Shown here: piece by piece, positions 62,682-64,000 of the stretch
Layout of the letters: every line of letters starts with the position of its first letter
Position numbering within the stretch: the stretch's first letter is position 1
Source of the DNA: an uncultured Holophagales bacterium
Lineage (GTDB): Bacteria; Acidobacteriota; Thermoanaerobaculia; Multivoradales; UBA5704
DNA length: 64,000 nucleotides
Direction: 5' to 3'
Assembly: GCA_963842525.1 (NCBI GenBank)
Contig: CAWJGT010000003.1
Location: forward strand, 800,001-864,000
The notes under the pieces: model-generated
What the model was told of the DNA's origin: nothing
The model's input: the letters and a program-made list of their open reading frames with translations, nothing else
Database searches by the model: none
Translations under genes and position numbers: made by a program

Positions 62682-63240
62682 ATGATCGACCTCGACCGCG
62701 TGGAGGCGCTCTTCGCCGAGCGTGAGCCCGAGGTCCGGGCTTTCCTTCCCGAGGAGGGACGGTTCGACCGCCTGCGCCGCGAGGCTGCGGCTCTCGAGGC
62801 CCGCTGGCCCGACCCGGAGCGCCGGCCCCCTCTCTTCGGCGTCCTCGCCGGCGTCAAGGACATCTTCCACGTGGACGGGTTCGAGACCGGCGGCGGCAGC
62901 CGGCTGCCGCCCGAGGTCCTCCGCGGCCCCGAAGCGGCGAGCGTGACGACGCTCCGCGCGGCCGGCGCCCTGATCCTCGGTAAGGCCGTCTCGACCGAGT
63001 TCGCCTATTTCGCGCCCGGTCCGACGCGCAACCCCTGGAACCCGGAGCACACGCCGGGTGGGTCGAGCAGCGGCTCGGCCGCCGCGGTCGGCGCCGGCCT
63101 CGCTCCCCTGGCGCTGGGCACCCAGACGATCGGCTCGATCATCCGCCCCGCCGCCTTCTGCGGAGCCGTGGGTTACAAGCCCAGCTACGAGCGGATCTGC
63201 GCCGCGGTGTGATTCCTCTGGCGCCGTCCTTCGGGGCGAC
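62682..63240 (+). pseudogene. Amidase, C-terminally truncated
   Basis: VKDIF, PGGSSSGS, GTQTIGSIIRPAAFCG; homology ends after VIPLAPSF, where low-GC DNA begins. Confidence 0.75.
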
Positions 63241-63263
63241 GTCGCTCCAGTGGGGTCCAATGG

Positions 63264-64000
63264 TTACCCAACCGCTGCAAGGCCCGAGTTGGGCTTATCA
63301 TGGCCAACTGCTTCGAAGTCCCCGACCATTACGGATTCTGCCTCCAGTAGCACAGATGGATGGAAGCGATAGAAGCCACGATTTGTTCCGTTATTAGTAG
63401 ACACCATCTCCATCTTCAGTATCCGCTTACTGACGAGGTGCGGAAGACTCCATATTGGATCTTTTACTGCGCACACGCAACCCCGCATGAGCCCCAAAGA
63501 CAGGAGTTCATCGTCCGTGGCTAAGCACGCTTCGCGAACCTCGAGGGCGTTCTTTACAGCGCGCAGAGACGCCTCAGCGTCTCCGGGGAGATGGAGCACG
63601 ACGAAGCCTTTTTGGGTAGACAGCAAGAGACTCTTCAGCTCGTTGGAGAGTGGGATGCCTTTGGCTTCGGCTGCCTCTTTGCAGCTAATGACGGGACTGG
63701 CCAGAACGTAATCCTTCATACAAGGACCAGGCTCTGGGGTGGCCGCGTCGACGCGCACGTGCTTGCTCAGGTCTCGAATGGTAACGACGGCCGCCGTCGA
63801 CCACACACGCTCAAATGCTTCAAGCATGTCACCGCGATCTTCCGCATCGAGTATAAGCCGCCCTCGACGAAGCTTGCTGGCGTCATCGAAGGCGTAATCA
63901 GCGACATACGCGCGAGAGATGCCCGCTGCCCTATCAATAAACATCACCATATCTTCCAACGAGGTTGCTTCGGCTAGGATCGTAGGCCCTACTCTGCGGA
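63264..64000 (-). CDS. Protein with a C-terminal YbaK/aminoacyl-tRNA editing-like domain (partial, starts beyond the window)
   Basis: Frame is open to the window end; SCKEAAEAKG...ELKSLLL...LATDDEL...GCV; GC clearly lower than the host genes. Confidence 0.5.
   Translation of the reverse strand, partial: RRVGPTILAEATSLEDMVMFIDRAAGISRAYVADYAFDDASKLRRGRLILDAEDRGDMLEAFERVWSTAAVVTIRDLSKHVRVDAATPEPGPCMKDYVLASPVISCKEAAEAKGIPLSNELKSLLLSTQKGFVVLHLPGDAEASLRAVKNALEVREACLATDDELLSLGLMRGCVCAVKDPIWSLPHLVSKRILKMEMVSTNNGTNRGFYRFHPSVLLEAESVMVGDFEAVGHDKPNSGLAAVG

Overview
A GC-rich bacterial window, most likely Acidobacteriota (Thermoanaerobaculia-like). That assignment is an inference from the PadR + ADOP-type duplicated permeases, the ECF/anti-sigma/CHAT modules and the REP-like palindromes. 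The window opens with housekeeping genes (def, cysS, yraN, tRNA-Gly, tRNA-Cys) and then runs through mostly accessory DNA. Regulatory and signalling content: two modules of exported TPR-CHAT (caspase-like) protease + ECF sigma + zinc-finger anti-sigma + small protein, and an ECF/Ser-Thr kinase pair. Defence and repeat content: an orphan CRISPR mini-array broken by palindromic insertions, a degenerate 21-bp tandem array, a 9 x 62-bp palindromic tandem array, several toxin-antitoxin genes and a large STAND-type NTPase with a C-terminal nuclease motif. Metabolic and other genes: trxB, sdaA, ferritin, kynA, an acyl-CoA synthetase, CoxM/CoxS-like subunits and two small Cys-rich peptides. About 15 single-base frameshifts interrupt otherwise intact genes and are probably long-read errors; four of them fall inside GAGCTC sites. 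The best candidate for an undescribed system is 11.2-17.4 kb. There an exported CHAT protease is flanked by two paralogous small proteins that share the near-C-terminal motif AGSWTA(L/I)EGG. Each is preceded by the same GTGAGATA-N13-CRACAG motif, and the ECF sigma/anti-sigma pair lies directly downstream. All protein family calls come from motif recognition by eye, not from database searches.
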